A DNA stretch of 64,000 nt. Origin: Methanobacteriota archaeon (GTDB taxonomy: Archaea > Thermoplasmatota > Thermoplasmata > SG8-5 > JAGLSY01). A program made the position numbers and the translations under genes. The notes below the pieces were generated by a model. It searched no databases. It saw nothing but the letters and a program-made list of their open reading frames with translations, and had not been told where the DNA came from. Within the stretch, counting starts at the first letter, position 1. Each line of letters starts with the position of its first letter. Positions 46,947 to 56,504 of this stretch are shown in pieces. The stretch spans positions 224,001-288,000 of the forward strand of contig JAEHCO010000001.1 of NCBI GenBank assembly GCA_020697715.1, given 5' to 3'.

Positions 46947-48344
46947 ATGTCCGAAATGGCAGTAACAGAGGAAAAAAGTATCGAAAATGACAAACTCATG
47001 AACCGCTGGCTTGTGGTCGTGGGTGCTATCCTGATACAGCTGGCCCTGGGTGCGATATACTCATGGTCGGTCTTCACACCTATATTGACCAAATCAGCTG
47101 CAGATGGTGGTGAGTTCATGTTCACCACCACGGAGACCCAGATGATCTTCAGTGCGGGTCTGGTAACCTTCGCCCTGGTCATGGTCTTAGCTGGAAAGCT
47201 ACAGGCTATCCACGGTCCAAGAAAGATCGCCCTGATAGGCGGTGTTCTTCTTGGTGTTGGTTACATCCTGGCTTCCTTTGTCGGTGATTCATTCATCGGC
47301 ATGCTCGTGACCATCGGAATTATCGGAGGAGCGGGTATTGGAATGGCCTATGTCGTTCCTATCGCCGTCGGTATAAAATGGTTCCCGGACAAGAAAGGGC
47401 TCATATCGGGTATGGCAGTTGCTGGATTCGGATTCGGAGCAACTATCTGGGTCAAGCTCGCAGGCACCTGGGGAAATCTTCTTGAGGATGTGGGACTGCA
47501 CACGACTTACTTCATTTACGGTATCATATTCCTGATAATGGTGGTCGTCGGCTCTTTGCTCATGGTCAATCCCCCAGAGAACTACAAACCAGCTGGATGG
47601 ACACCGCCAGTAGCTAAGAAGGGCGGCCCAACCGGATACAATTACACACCAAAAGAAATGATCAAGACAAAGCAATTTTACATGATCTGGTCCATGTTCA
47701 TATTCGGAGCATTGGCCGGTCTCATGGTCATCGGTATCATCAAGCTTTTCGGAATAGACGCATTACAGGCATCTGGCAATTATACAGATGTCGAAGCGTC
47801 AGCCATCGCAGGTACAGCGATGGCTGTCTTCTACGCGATCTTCAATGGAATAGGAAGAATCGCATGGGGAGCCATAGCTGACAAGATCGGTACCAAGAAG
47901 TCCCTGATGGCGATGTTCGCTTTCCAGGCATTGATGATGTTCATCGTGTTCCAGATGGGCGGCAATGAATATACATTGTACGCGGCAGCTGCTTTGATCG
48001 GTTTCAATTTCGGCGGTAACTTCGCCTTATTCCCAACTACCACGGCCGAGTTCTTCGGAACCAAGACTGTGGGGCAGAATTACGGATTCGTCTTCTCCGC
48101 TTACGGTGTTGGCGGTGTCGTGGGTCCGCTCATGGCCGGATACTTCAAGGACAGTGGAGTAGCAGGTGTGGATGCCTGGTATCCTGCCTTTATAATAGCC
48201 GGAATACTTTGCGTAGTTGCAGTCGTCCTCGCTCTCATGCTCTCAACACCTGAAGATCCAGAAGGAGCGGCAGTGGCGGAAGAACCAAAGGAAGCCGCTG
48301 TAGTGGATGAAATTGCAGACGCACCTGAGGAAGACAAAGAATAA
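46947..48344 (+). CDS. MFS transporter, oxalate/formate antiporter (OFA) family
   Basis: NRWLVVVGAILIQLALGAIYSWSVF, KWFPDKKGL.SG.AVAGFG, NG.GRI.WG..DKIG. Confidence 0.88.
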   Translation: MSEMAVTEEKSIENDKLMNRWLVVVGAILIQLALGAIYSWSVFTPILTKSAADGGEFMFTTTETQMIFSAGLVTFALVMVLAGKLQAIHGPRKIALIGGVLLGVGYILASFVGDSFIGMLVTIGIIGGAGIGMAYVVPIAVGIKWFPDKKGLISGMAVAGFGFGATIWVKLAGTWGNLLEDVGLHTTYFIYGIIFLIMVVVGSLLMVNPPENYKPAGWTPPVAKKGGPTGYNYTPKEMIKTKQFYMIWSMFIFGALAGLMVIGIIKLFGIDALQASGNYTDVEASAIAGTAMAVFYAIFNGIGRIAWGAIADKIGTKKSLMAMFAFQALMMFIVFQMGGNEYTLYAAAALIGFNFGGNFALFPTTTAEFFGTKTVGQNYGFVFSAYGVGGVVGPLMAGYFKDSGVAGVDAWYPAFIIAGILCVVAVVLALMLSTPEDPEGAAVAEEPKEAAVVDEIADAPEEDKE

Positions 48345-48363
48345 AGATAAAGGAGTGGAATAG

Positions 48364-48894
48364 ATGAAACCTGTTGAAGCCATGAACGATCTCATAGAGG
48401 GCAATGGCAGGTTCATCGAAAAGACCGATTCGGATCTGAGAGAGCATGTCAAAGGACAGTGGCCGAAGGCCGTTATTCTTTCATGCTCCGATTCCCGGGT
48501 CGTGCCAGAGATCATATTCGACCAGGGTATCGGAGAGGTATTCACGGTAGTGGTGGCTGGCAATGTCGCCTCCGATGATACAGTGATCCAATCAATAGAA
48601 TACGCAGTTGCCCATCTCGATGTCCCCCTGTTGCTCGTAATGGGGCACAACCATTGCGGTGCCGTGGCTCTTACGGAGAAATGCATGGCGGAGGATGTGG
48701 ATGGCGGTGCTTTGGTAGATGAGATATCTGCTGGGTTCGATCTGGATAAAGATCATATAGTTGCCAATGTGAAGAGGCAGTGCAAGATGCTTCCAATAAG
48801 GAGTGAGATCATTGCCAATGCAATCAGCTCTGGCGATCTGGCTCTCATGGGCGCCGTGTACGACCTTGAAAGTGGTCGTGTAAATTTAATTTAA
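48364..48894 (+). CDS. beta-class carbonic anhydrase
   Basis: CSDSRV, SIEYAV, GHNHCGAV, GAVYDLESG.V. Confidence 0.9.
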   Translation: MKPVEAMNDLIEGNGRFIEKTDSDLREHVKGQWPKAVILSCSDSRVVPEIIFDQGIGEVFTVVVAGNVASDDTVIQSIEYAVAHLDVPLLLVMGHNHCGAVALTEKCMAEDVDGGALVDEISAGFDLDKDHIVANVKRQCKMLPIRSEIIANAISSGDLALMGAVYDLESGRVNLI

Positions 48895-48954
48895 GTGGGG
48901 AAATATATTTATCACCCAAGTGCCATATACCTTCTACTTGTCGGATGGTGAAAG

Positions 48955-49836
48955 ATGGGACACAGTGTGCGTAAGATACCAACAGCGGTAGCTGATTTTG
49001 ATGCCATAGTGCATGGAGGACTTCCAGAGGGATCTGTAGTTCTATTACTTGGGGATCTTGGGGCTGGCCAGCAGGAATTCGCCTATACCTCCGCCTCTAA
49101 ACTATCCATCGTGAAAGAACATCCGATGCTGTTCGAGAATTATTGTGGCGCTTATTGCGATATAGCCGGATTGCCAGAAAAGATATGTTATATCTCATTT
49201 TCAAGACCAAAAGAAGATATTCTCAGGGAGATCAGTAGTTCTTTCAATCAGGATTATCACGACGCCTTGAAGAGGAAATTGATCTTCAAGGATCTATCAG
49301 CCAGTTACTTCAGCAAGACCATAGTGCCTTCCTCGTGGACCCACATGGAGCCAAAGGAGGAGAAAGATAATGGCAATGGAGATGCTGATGAGTTCCTGGT
49401 CTTCACCACTTCGCCAAAGGAGTCGGTACTGGAATCACTGGTGAACTTCCTGGATGAGAATGCCCAGGACTCTATGATAATAATAGATTCATTGACAGAC
49501 CTGGTGGTCAGCGGAACTGTGGATATATCCGAGCTTATAGGTGTCCTGAGAGGCATCCAGAGAGCGGCCAAAAGGTGGAATGGAGTGATATACCTTCTTC
49601 TGACAAGGGACGTGATGGACAAGCAGAAGGAGCAGATGATATTGGACAGCGTGGATGGTGTCCTGACATTCGAATGGAGCCATTACCTAAGAAGTACGAA
49701 GAGGCAGAGATATCTGTACATTGAGAAGTTCATGAGCATTCTGCCTCATATTGAAAATGACAGGATGATAAAATTCCCAACGAGAGTGAGTGCCAGTAGT
49801 GGTATCACTGTCGTGAATATGGAGGTTATTGCGTGA
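48955..49836 (+). CDS. KaiC/RAD55-like protein with degenerate Walker A
   Basis: KIPTAVADFDAIVHGGLPEGS, GDLGAGQQE (no Lys), IIIDSL, DGVLTF, RYLYIEK. Confidence 0.8.
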   Translation: MGHSVRKIPTAVADFDAIVHGGLPEGSVVLLLGDLGAGQQEFAYTSASKLSIVKEHPMLFENYCGAYCDIAGLPEKICYISFSRPKEDILREISSSFNQDYHDALKRKLIFKDLSASYFSKTIVPSSWTHMEPKEEKDNGNGDADEFLVFTTSPKESVLESLVNFLDENAQDSMIIIDSLTDLVVSGTVDISELIGVLRGIQRAAKRWNGVIYLLLTRDVMDKQKEQMILDSVDGVLTFEWSHYLRSTKRQRYLYIEKFMSILPHIENDRMIKFPTRVSASSGITVVNMEVIA

Positions 49837-49935
49837 TATCAGAGATATCAACGAATGATCTCTCGGAAATGGAGGTCATTGCGTGATGAACTTGAGTTCA
49901 TCCCAGCATGATCTCTCGGAAATGGAGGAAGTATA

Positions 49936-50637
49936 ATGTCCGAAAATAAAGTAATGACAGGGATCCAGGGATTGGATCAGATGATCGCAAGTGGCATCCC
50001 AAGTGGGCATATAATCGCATTATTGGGTTCATGCGGAACCGGAAAGACCACCCTTTCTCTCCAATATGCGTGGAATGGACTGGCCATGGGTGAAAAGGCC
50101 ATATTCATAAGCCTGGAGGAAGATGAAGAGGCCATCAAGAAGAATGCCATTAATTATGGGTGGGACCTTCAGCCACACATAGACAATAAGAATCTTCTAT
50201 TGGTCAAGCTGGAGCCCGCGGATGCGAAGAACACGGTCATGAAGATCAAGAGCGAACTACCTCGCATTATTGGGAACTTTGGAGCAAAAAGAGTGGTACT
50301 GGATTCAGTCTCCCTTCTTAGTATGTTATTCGATGACGAGGCCGAGAAAAGAACAAATCTGTTCAATCTCTGCAAGCAGATCAAAGACAGCGGAGCCACC
50401 GCAGTCTTCACTGCCGAAGTTAAAGAGAATAACCCACTGGCATCAAGAGATGGACTTGTCGAATACGTGGCCGATGGTGTTATTTCACTAAAGTACACGG
50501 AGACAGATGATGGAAATGATGTCCAGCTGTCTATCAGGATAATAAAAATGAGAAGAGCCAGGCATGAAAGGAAGATCAAGCCTTACTCGATAACTCAGAA
50601 TGGGATAGAAGTTCATTCACAGGCTGAAATGTTCTAA
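49936..50637 (+). CDS. KaiC domain ATPase
   Basis: TGIQGLDQMI, GSCGTGKTT, SLEE, VLDS, EYVADGVI, IIKMR. Confidence 0.88.
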   Translation: MSENKVMTGIQGLDQMIASGIPSGHIIALLGSCGTGKTTLSLQYAWNGLAMGEKAIFISLEEDEEAIKKNAINYGWDLQPHIDNKNLLLVKLEPADAKNTVMKIKSELPRIIGNFGAKRVVLDSVSLLSMLFDDEAEKRTNLFNLCKQIKDSGATAVFTAEVKENNPLASRDGLVEYVADGVISLKYTETDDGNDVQLSIRIIKMRRARHERKIKPYSITQNGIEVHSQAEMF

Positions 50638-50785
50638 ACAACCGATCCTAAAGGCTCCGAATGTTTAGATTCAAAGGCCATAGTCCCAAACTCGCAGAGG
50701 CTCTACCTCTGCGTTCAGATAATAAAACATTGATGGGACTACGGCAACCGACTACTCATCATGCGTTGGCTCAAATTGTTGATAT

Positions 50786-51091
50786 TCAATATTCTCGCCA
50801 GCTGGCCGAGCACTTGCAACATCTGTAGATCCTGGTCTCTGGCTCGTCGGATGCACGGGTCTGCCTTATAACGAAAAATGCTTCATTGTGTCCACATTTT
50901 GGGCATTCCTGCTTTGTCGTGGGCAGGGTGGCGGTATCCTCGGTTATCACCATCATCTCTTTTTCTTCATGCATTTTGGTGACTATCTTGGTGCTGGCTT
51001 TGGATTTACTCTTGCCTGAGTAACCACATCTCTTGCATGTCAGCACACCATCCTTGGGGAACATCATTGATTTGCATTCTGGACAGAACAT
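50786..51091 (-). CDS. tfs: transcription factor S (TFS)
   Basis: MFCPEC..CKRC and CPKC..QTRASDEPET..CCKC..WREY. Confidence 0.92.
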   Translation of the reverse strand: MFCPECKSMMFPKDGVLTCKRCGYSGKSKSKASTKIVTKMHEEKEMMVITEDTATLPTTKQECPKCGHNEAFFVIRQTRASDEPETRIYRCCKCSASWREY

Positions 51092-51287
51092 CTTATCTCC
51101 GTCTCATGTAGTGGTATCAAGAATAAATAGATATGGGCAGAATATGTGCCAGTGATAGATCTATCAAAAATGGATATTATATTGATGGAATAGGGGTGTC
51201 CCTCGACATCGGAGTTCCCTAAACACTGGGAAAGGAACTCTAATGTCAAGGTCTGAATATAAAATGAAGGGTGTCCCTCGACATTAA

Positions 51288-51476
51288 CAGTCCGCTTCAT
51301 GGCAAGCTTAGCTCTCTCCGCGACCTGACCCAGCCGAGGGATTGTTGGTTGCCTGGGTTGTCCTTCATTCATCCACAGACGACACGCCTTTGTTGTGAAG
51401 GGACCCTTTAAAGGCAATCTGCCCTTGCCTTGCTCCATGGATCATCTGATCACCATGGTCTTCTTGGCACGGACAT
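51288..51476 (-). ncRNA. candidate multibranched structured RNA of unknown family
   Basis: Ends pair (GTCCG..CAAG / CTTG..CGGAC) enclosing four hairpins; TATA-like element upstream. Confidence 0.35.
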
Positions 51477-51625
51477 ACTTGTACATAGAGACTGATGTGT
51501 CATAAGTCTTTCTATGATATTGATAAACCCCACTTACCAGAAAGGCATTTATATATTGCATTCATCATGCACTCAATCTGAACCGCCAGCTGTGTATTGC
51601 TGGTGGAATGATGGGAGAAATATAC

Positions 51626-52219
51626 ATGACAGAATCTAACGTTAATGAAGTAAAGGTAGTATTAGCAGAGCCAGGAGTCCTCGGTCTCATAGGTCTGGCG
51701 GTCGCAGCACTTGTTCTAGGAGTGACGGATATGGGATGGGTTGACCCAAATGCGAAGTCCCTTATGATCCCATGGACCATTTTCCTCGGAGCCACAGCAC
51801 AGCTCATTGCTGGTGCTATCGATTTCAAGAGAAATAATATATTTGGAGCAACAGCGTTCACGACCTATTCATTACTATGGTACGCCGTATCACTGACACT
51901 TTATATCACGATCTTCACAGATGCGAGCTTCAACATGGATCATTATGCCTGGGGCCTCATTGGTTTCCTAATATTCAGCGTGATCCTGACCATTGCCAGT
52001 TTCTTGACGAACCATGTCTTTATCGGAATTTTGATCTCCATCGACCTGGCAATCGCCTTCCTTGTCCTGCACATTCTCGCTGGAACCTCGGAAGCCCTTG
52101 TAGGAGCCTTCCTCCTAGCCGTCTCCGCTCTGTCTTTCTATGGGGCATTGGCCACACTCATCAACAACATGGCCGGAAAAGAAGTGTTCCCTGTTGGCGG
52201 TCCAATGTGGAAGCCATAG
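51626..52219 (+). CDS. satP: acetate uptake transporter (SatP/GPR1/FUN34/YaaH family)
   Basis: LAEPGVLGL, GATAQLIAG, NNIFGATAFTTY..W. Confidence 0.82.
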   Translation: MTESNVNEVKVVLAEPGVLGLIGLAVAALVLGVTDMGWVDPNAKSLMIPWTIFLGATAQLIAGAIDFKRNNIFGATAFTTYSLLWYAVSLTLYITIFTDASFNMDHYAWGLIGFLIFSVILTIASFLTNHVFIGILISIDLAIAFLVLHILAGTSEALVGAFLLAVSALSFYGALATLINNMAGKEVFPVGGPMWKP

Positions 52220-52247
52220 ATACGAAGCTTGTGAAATATTCGAATCA

Positions 52248-52282
52248 AGGCCAGCAAAAAACGCTGGCCTTTACCTTTTCCT
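52248..52282 (+). terminator. hairpin plus T-tract after satP
   Basis: AAGGCCAGC-AAAAAAC-GCTGGCCTT-TTACCTTTT. Confidence 0.55.
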
Positions 52283-52297
52283 TATCTTTTATAAAAT

Positions 52298-52549
52298 TCA
52301 ATCCTTATTGTTAATACCCTTCTCGATCTCAGCTGTTTGCGCTTTAACCCACATCACCGGCGCGGTCATCTGTATCACCATGAGGATCGCGAGCTCCAAG
52401 AATACCTGGGGCCAGTTATCCTGGCCCATCAGTAAGCCAATATGCACTCCGATTGGTGTCGCGAGAGCATAGCATGCTCCAGTTACGAGAAGGTATTTGT
52501 TCATCGAATGGGGGATTGTGAACCCGGATATATAGTTTCTCAAATTCAA
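52298..52549 (-). CDS. small hypothetical membrane protein
   Basis: Two hydrophobic segments; start uncertain. Confidence 0.35.
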   Translation of the reverse strand: MNLRNYISGFTIPHSMNKYLLVTGACYALATPIGVHIGLLMGQDNWPQVFLELAILMVIQMTAPVMWVKAQTAEIEKGINNKD

Positions 52550-52706
52550 GAAAAATCCGCAATGTTAATTAGTCAAGGATACATTCCCGGACAAAATGAG
52601 GGTGCCACAAAGCAAGGCTTCGGTTACCCTTATTGAATTCAACCAACAAAAGCCATATGCCCATGGTATTAGCTTTTGTTGGGATGATTCAATAGGTTGG
52701 ATTAAA

Positions 52707-54335
52707 ATGACATACGATCATGAAAAGACTTACAATGAATGGAAATGGGACCTCCCAGATTCCTTCAATATGGGATACGACTGCACTGACAAACACGTGG
52801 CTGCTGGCAAGGGCGATAAGGTCGCTCTCATTTACGAGGACGACAAGGGAAATGGTAAGACCTACACCTTCGCCCAGATGAAAGAGCTCAGCGACAAGTT
52901 CGGGAATATCCTGAGAGACCTGGGATTGGGCAAGGGCGATAGATTTTTGATAAGATTGCCAAATGTGCCAGAGTTCCAGATAGCTTTCTTGGGCGGCCTG
53001 AAGATCGGAGCAGTTCCCATACCCTCATCCTGCATGTTCAAACCACATGAAGTGGAATACAGATTGGTGGATGCGAAGGCCAAGTTGGCCATCGCCGTAC
53101 CCGAGTACATGGCAGCTATTGACGAGGTCAAGGGAAACTGTCCAGATCTGAAGAACATCATCACTGTTGGCGAAGCCACGGATGGCAAATTATCCTTCGA
53201 GGAATTGATGGAGAAAGCTTCACCAGACCTCGTGATGGAAGAGACGACATATGATGACATGGCCTTCTTCTGTTACACGTCGGGAACGACCGGACCACCA
53301 AAGGGCGCGGTCCATCTTCACAGATGGACCATCGGGAACGACCCTAGCGCGATGTTCTGGAACCATTACCAGGAAGGGGACATATTGGGTCATACTGGCG
53401 ATCTGAATTGGATATTCCCTCTGGGAAACGGTTTCCTGTACGCGTGGAGGCATGGTATGACCACCTTCATCTACAATGGCCGATTCTCTCCCGAAAAATG
53501 GTTCGACCTCATCCAGAAGCACAAGATCACCAACCTGGCATCTGTTCCAACTTGCTACAGGATGTTCATGCAGCTGGAAAATTTTGATAAGAAATGGGAT
53601 CTCTCATCCCTCAGGCACTGCATAAGTGCGGGCGAGCCTCTCAATCCCGAGGTCGTGACAGGTTGGAAGAAGATACTGGGTATCGACATATTGGATGGAA
53701 TTGGAATGACCGAGTGCATGGTTTATCTCTCCAACCAGAGAGACATGATGATCAAGCCAGGCTCTTGCGGCAAGCCACAGCCAGGCCACAAATGTGCCAT
53801 TGTTGATGAGAATGGAGTCCCACTCGGGCCAAGGACGGAAGGAACACTGGCTATCAGCGCGGATGATCCCGGACTTCTGAAGGAATACTGGAACAAACCA
53901 GAGAAAACAGCCGAGGGTTTCAAGAACGGCTGGTTCCTGACTGGCGATACACTCTACACTGATGAGGATGGATACTACTGGTTCGCCGGAAGGGGCGATG
54001 ACCTGATCATGACAGCCGGATACCGAGTATCTCCCTTCGATGTGGAGAGCGCGGTGAATAGCCATCCAGCAGTCTTGGAGTCTGCTGCAGTTGCTTCTCC
54101 TGATGAGATCCGCGGAGTTATCGTGAAATCATTCATCATCCTTAACCCGGAATTCGAGGCAAGTGACGAGCTGGCCAATGAGATCCAGGCCCATACCAAG
54201 GCCATGATCGCGGCTTACGAATACCCGCGAGTGATCGAGTTCGCCAAGGAGCTTCCAAAGACCCCGAGTGGAAAGACAAAACGAAAGGTGCTCAGGGAAA
54301 TGGAGAATGAGAAGTTCGCCAAAGCGAAGCAATGA
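52707..54335 (+). CDS. AMP-forming acyl-CoA synthetase (acetate/medium-chain)
   Basis: YTSGTTGPPKG, SAGEPL, GMTE, TGD, GRGDD, PKTPSGK; start corrected to MTYD. Confidence 0.9.
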   Translation: MTYDHEKTYNEWKWDLPDSFNMGYDCTDKHVAAGKGDKVALIYEDDKGNGKTYTFAQMKELSDKFGNILRDLGLGKGDRFLIRLPNVPEFQIAFLGGLKIGAVPIPSSCMFKPHEVEYRLVDAKAKLAIAVPEYMAAIDEVKGNCPDLKNIITVGEATDGKLSFEELMEKASPDLVMEETTYDDMAFFCYTSGTTGPPKGAVHLHRWTIGNDPSAMFWNHYQEGDILGHTGDLNWIFPLGNGFLYAWRHGMTTFIYNGRFSPEKWFDLIQKHKITNLASVPTCYRMFMQLENFDKKWDLSSLRHCISAGEPLNPEVVTGWKKILGIDILDGIGMTECMVYLSNQRDMMIKPGSCGKPQPGHKCAIVDENGVPLGPRTEGTLAISADDPGLLKEYWNKPEKTAEGFKNGWFLTGDTLYTDEDGYYWFAGRGDDLIMTAGYRVSPFDVESAVNSHPAVLESAAVASPDEIRGVIVKSFIILNPEFEASDELANEIQAHTKAMIAAYEYPRVIEFAKELPKTPSGKTKRKVLREMENEKFAKAKQ

Positions 54336-54362
54336 TTCAATAATATTTTAAAAAAGAAAGAT

Positions 54363-54400
54363 GCCAGGCTGCCATGATAAACAGCCTGGCTTGTATTTTA
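54363..54400. terminator. hairpin between convergent genes
   Basis: GCCAGGCTG-N10-CAGCCTGGC flanked by A/T tracts. Confidence 0.55.
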
Positions 54401-54413
54401 TTTAGGAATATAC

Positions 54414-55373
54414 TCAGGCCACGCCCTCTTCTATTCCTTCTCCAAGTATCTGAAGGAGTTCCTCACCATAGGTGGCCGCCTTGACCTCCCCTATGCCGTA
54501 TATGTCCTTCAGGCTTTCCAGGGTCTTTGGATTTCTGATGGCCAGATCCTCAATGGTCTTGTTCTGGAGCACGATATAAAGGGGGACGCCGATCTCATTG
54601 GACCTGACCTTCCTCCATTCCCTCAGCTTCTCGAACCTGCTGGATATCTCCGCCGCATCACTTGCATTGTTGATATGGCCAAGGCGAATGTCCGCACCAG
54701 TCTCGAAATCCTCCAGGGTCTCATCACCTTTTGGTGTTATGGTGATGCACGGATACTGCTGATCCTCTGGTATATCGAGATATTTCTCATCAATGAGCCA
54801 GTCTATCAGAATGAGTATCTCTTTCTGGGAAAGACCACGTGCCACACCATATGATCGAAGCTCGTCAATGCCCATTGTCAACACACATCTGGATGTTGAG
54901 CCATTCAGGAGCCTGGCGAATCTCACCCTGCCATATTGACCGTTCATCTCACTGACCGATCTCAATATGGTCAGTGCCAGACTGTCGATGTCCTGCTTTC
55001 CAGGAACTCCACATAGGCCGTGGACCTCTTCAAATCTCAAGGACAGGTATTGCCCATCATCCGTGGAGGCTATGAGCTCGATCTCCGCATCCACCATGTT
55101 CCTGGACATGGATGTTTCAGCTCCAGCACCTATGTAGCAGATGGGGCGGATGCCCTGGCTTAGGTTCTGGACAATCACACTCCCATTGGGGCGGATCAAT
55201 GCCAGCATCTCGCCAGCGAACTCCTTTGATACATCTTCATTGTGATAGTCGCCCAAGGCGGTTCCTATCACGACGATGGTCTGGAGATTGGTGCTCGCTT
55301 CCTGGCTTGCATCGTTGATGGCGTTTGTTTCGTTCTCTGTGCTTGCGTTTTTATTTTCGTTGTTGGTTTTCAT
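54414..55373 (-). CDS. NucS N-terminal-like + RQC + HRDC domain protein
   Basis: GEMLALIRPNGSVIVQ..IRPICY (NucS-N-like); ILRSV..GQYG..LLNGS..SYG..LIDEKYL..YP.ITITPKG (RQC); FEKLREWR..GVPLYIV..P.T..L..I.GIG..K...YGEELL (HRDC). Confidence 0.75.
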   Translation of the reverse strand: MKTNNENKNASTENETNAINDASQEASTNLQTIVVIGTALGDYHNEDVSKEFAGEMLALIRPNGSVIVQNLSQGIRPICYIGAGAETSMSRNMVDAEIELIASTDDGQYLSLRFEEVHGLCGVPGKQDIDSLALTILRSVSEMNGQYGRVRFARLLNGSTSRCVLTMGIDELRSYGVARGLSQKEILILIDWLIDEKYLDIPEDQQYPCITITPKGDETLEDFETGADIRLGHINNASDAAEISSRFEKLREWRKVRSNEIGVPLYIVLQNKTIEDLAIRNPKTLESLKDIYGIGEVKAATYGEELLQILGEGIEEGVA

Positions 55374-55538
55374 TTTTTCACCATTTGATTATATTCCGGC
55401 AGGAGCCTGCTCCCCGGAAATCTGCTTCACTTTTGTTCGAAGCTTGAGATGAAAAATGAGCCTAGAGTACTTAATAAAAGAGAATACAACAATATTACAT
55501 GTAGGGAAATTTGATGCTTTTTCGGAAAAATATCTTTG

Positions 55539-55600
55539 AATATGATGAAATATAATGCAATATAATGTATTATAATACAATATAATATAATATAATAATA
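55539..55600. repeat. AT-rich tandem array (AATATAATRN)x6
   Basis: AATATGATGA AATATAATGC AATATAATGT ATTATAATAC AATATAATAT AATATAATAA. Confidence 0.7.
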
Positions 55601-55650
55601 TGAAAATTGACTGTGATGGCTATGTAAAGATTATAGGTTCAGAACCAGGT

Positions 55651-56361
55651 TCAGTTATTGTCCCTGACACGCTCTTTGAGAAGCCTGAACATTATCCTGG
55701 CACCATCTGAGAATGAGTTCAGCTTGGTCTCATTGGGGCGACATTTGTAGGCAATTGGTATCTCAACTACCTTGAAACCGTTCTTGATACACTTTGTGTA
55801 CATCTCGGCCTCGATATCGAAGTCATCCGCATCCAAGTCCAGGTTATCAATGACCTCTTCCTTGAATCCCCATAATCCCGTGCACACATCGGATGCCTTG
55901 TGACCATTAGGGAATAGGAGATTGGCGGTCATGTTGATCGCACGGTTGCCAACATAATTAAGGGTGGACATCGCGCCTCTTTGAACAGATCCATTTAATC
56001 TGGAGCCAAGTACGACATCACATCCATTCTCAAGGAGGGGGATCATCGTGAGTATCTCTTCAGGATCGTATGTGTCATCGGCATCCAACATGAAAAGGAA
56101 TCTACCCTCGAAGCCTTCGAAAGCAGTTTGAACAGCATCGCCCTTTCCTTTTCCCTTTTGTTTTAAAAGTCTGGCACCCTTGGAGATAGCTATATCCCCA
56201 GTGGCATCCGTACTGTTGCCATCGACCACGACGACATTGACTTCATAGCCTTGAGCCTTTATCTGTTCAAGGGGAATCCTATCTATCACTGCCCCGATGG
56301 TTTCTGCTTCATTTAAAGCAGGCAATAGAATACATATAGTCTTATCGTGCATATGTTCCAT
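55651..56361 (-). CDS. glycosyltransferase family 2 (dolichol-phosphate glycosyltransferase-like)
   Basis: LPALNEAETI, VVDGNSTD.T, GKGDAV, MLDADDTY, GSRL. Confidence 0.9.
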   Translation of the reverse strand: MEHMHDKTICILLPALNEAETIGAVIDRIPLEQIKAQGYEVNVVVVDGNSTDATGDIAISKGARLLKQKGKGKGDAVQTAFEGFEGRFLFMLDADDTYDPEEILTMIPLLENGCDVVLGSRLNGSVQRGAMSTLNYVGNRAINMTANLLFPNGHKASDVCTGLWGFKEEVIDNLDLDADDFDIEAEMYTKCIKNGFKVVEIPIAYKCRPNETKLNSFSDGARIMFRLLKERVRDNN

Positions 56362-56504
56362 CCCATATTCCCCTAAATTGTGATAATATATAAATATATC
56401 TGCACTGAAATAACTGTTCAACATTAAATAATCAATAGATCGAGTATAAAAATAATGTTCATTTAGTACAGTTTCTGTAGAATTCGAAAATGTATCGCCA
56501 TAAG

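Noticed and set aside
51064-51438. 124-aa ORF on the minus strand
   Set aside because: No RBS or protein-like motifs; it overlaps the tfs start and runs through hairpin-rich DNA.
51288-51476. RNase P RNA
   Set aside because: Lacks GAGGAAAGTCC and AACAGAA..GCTTA conserved regions on either strand.
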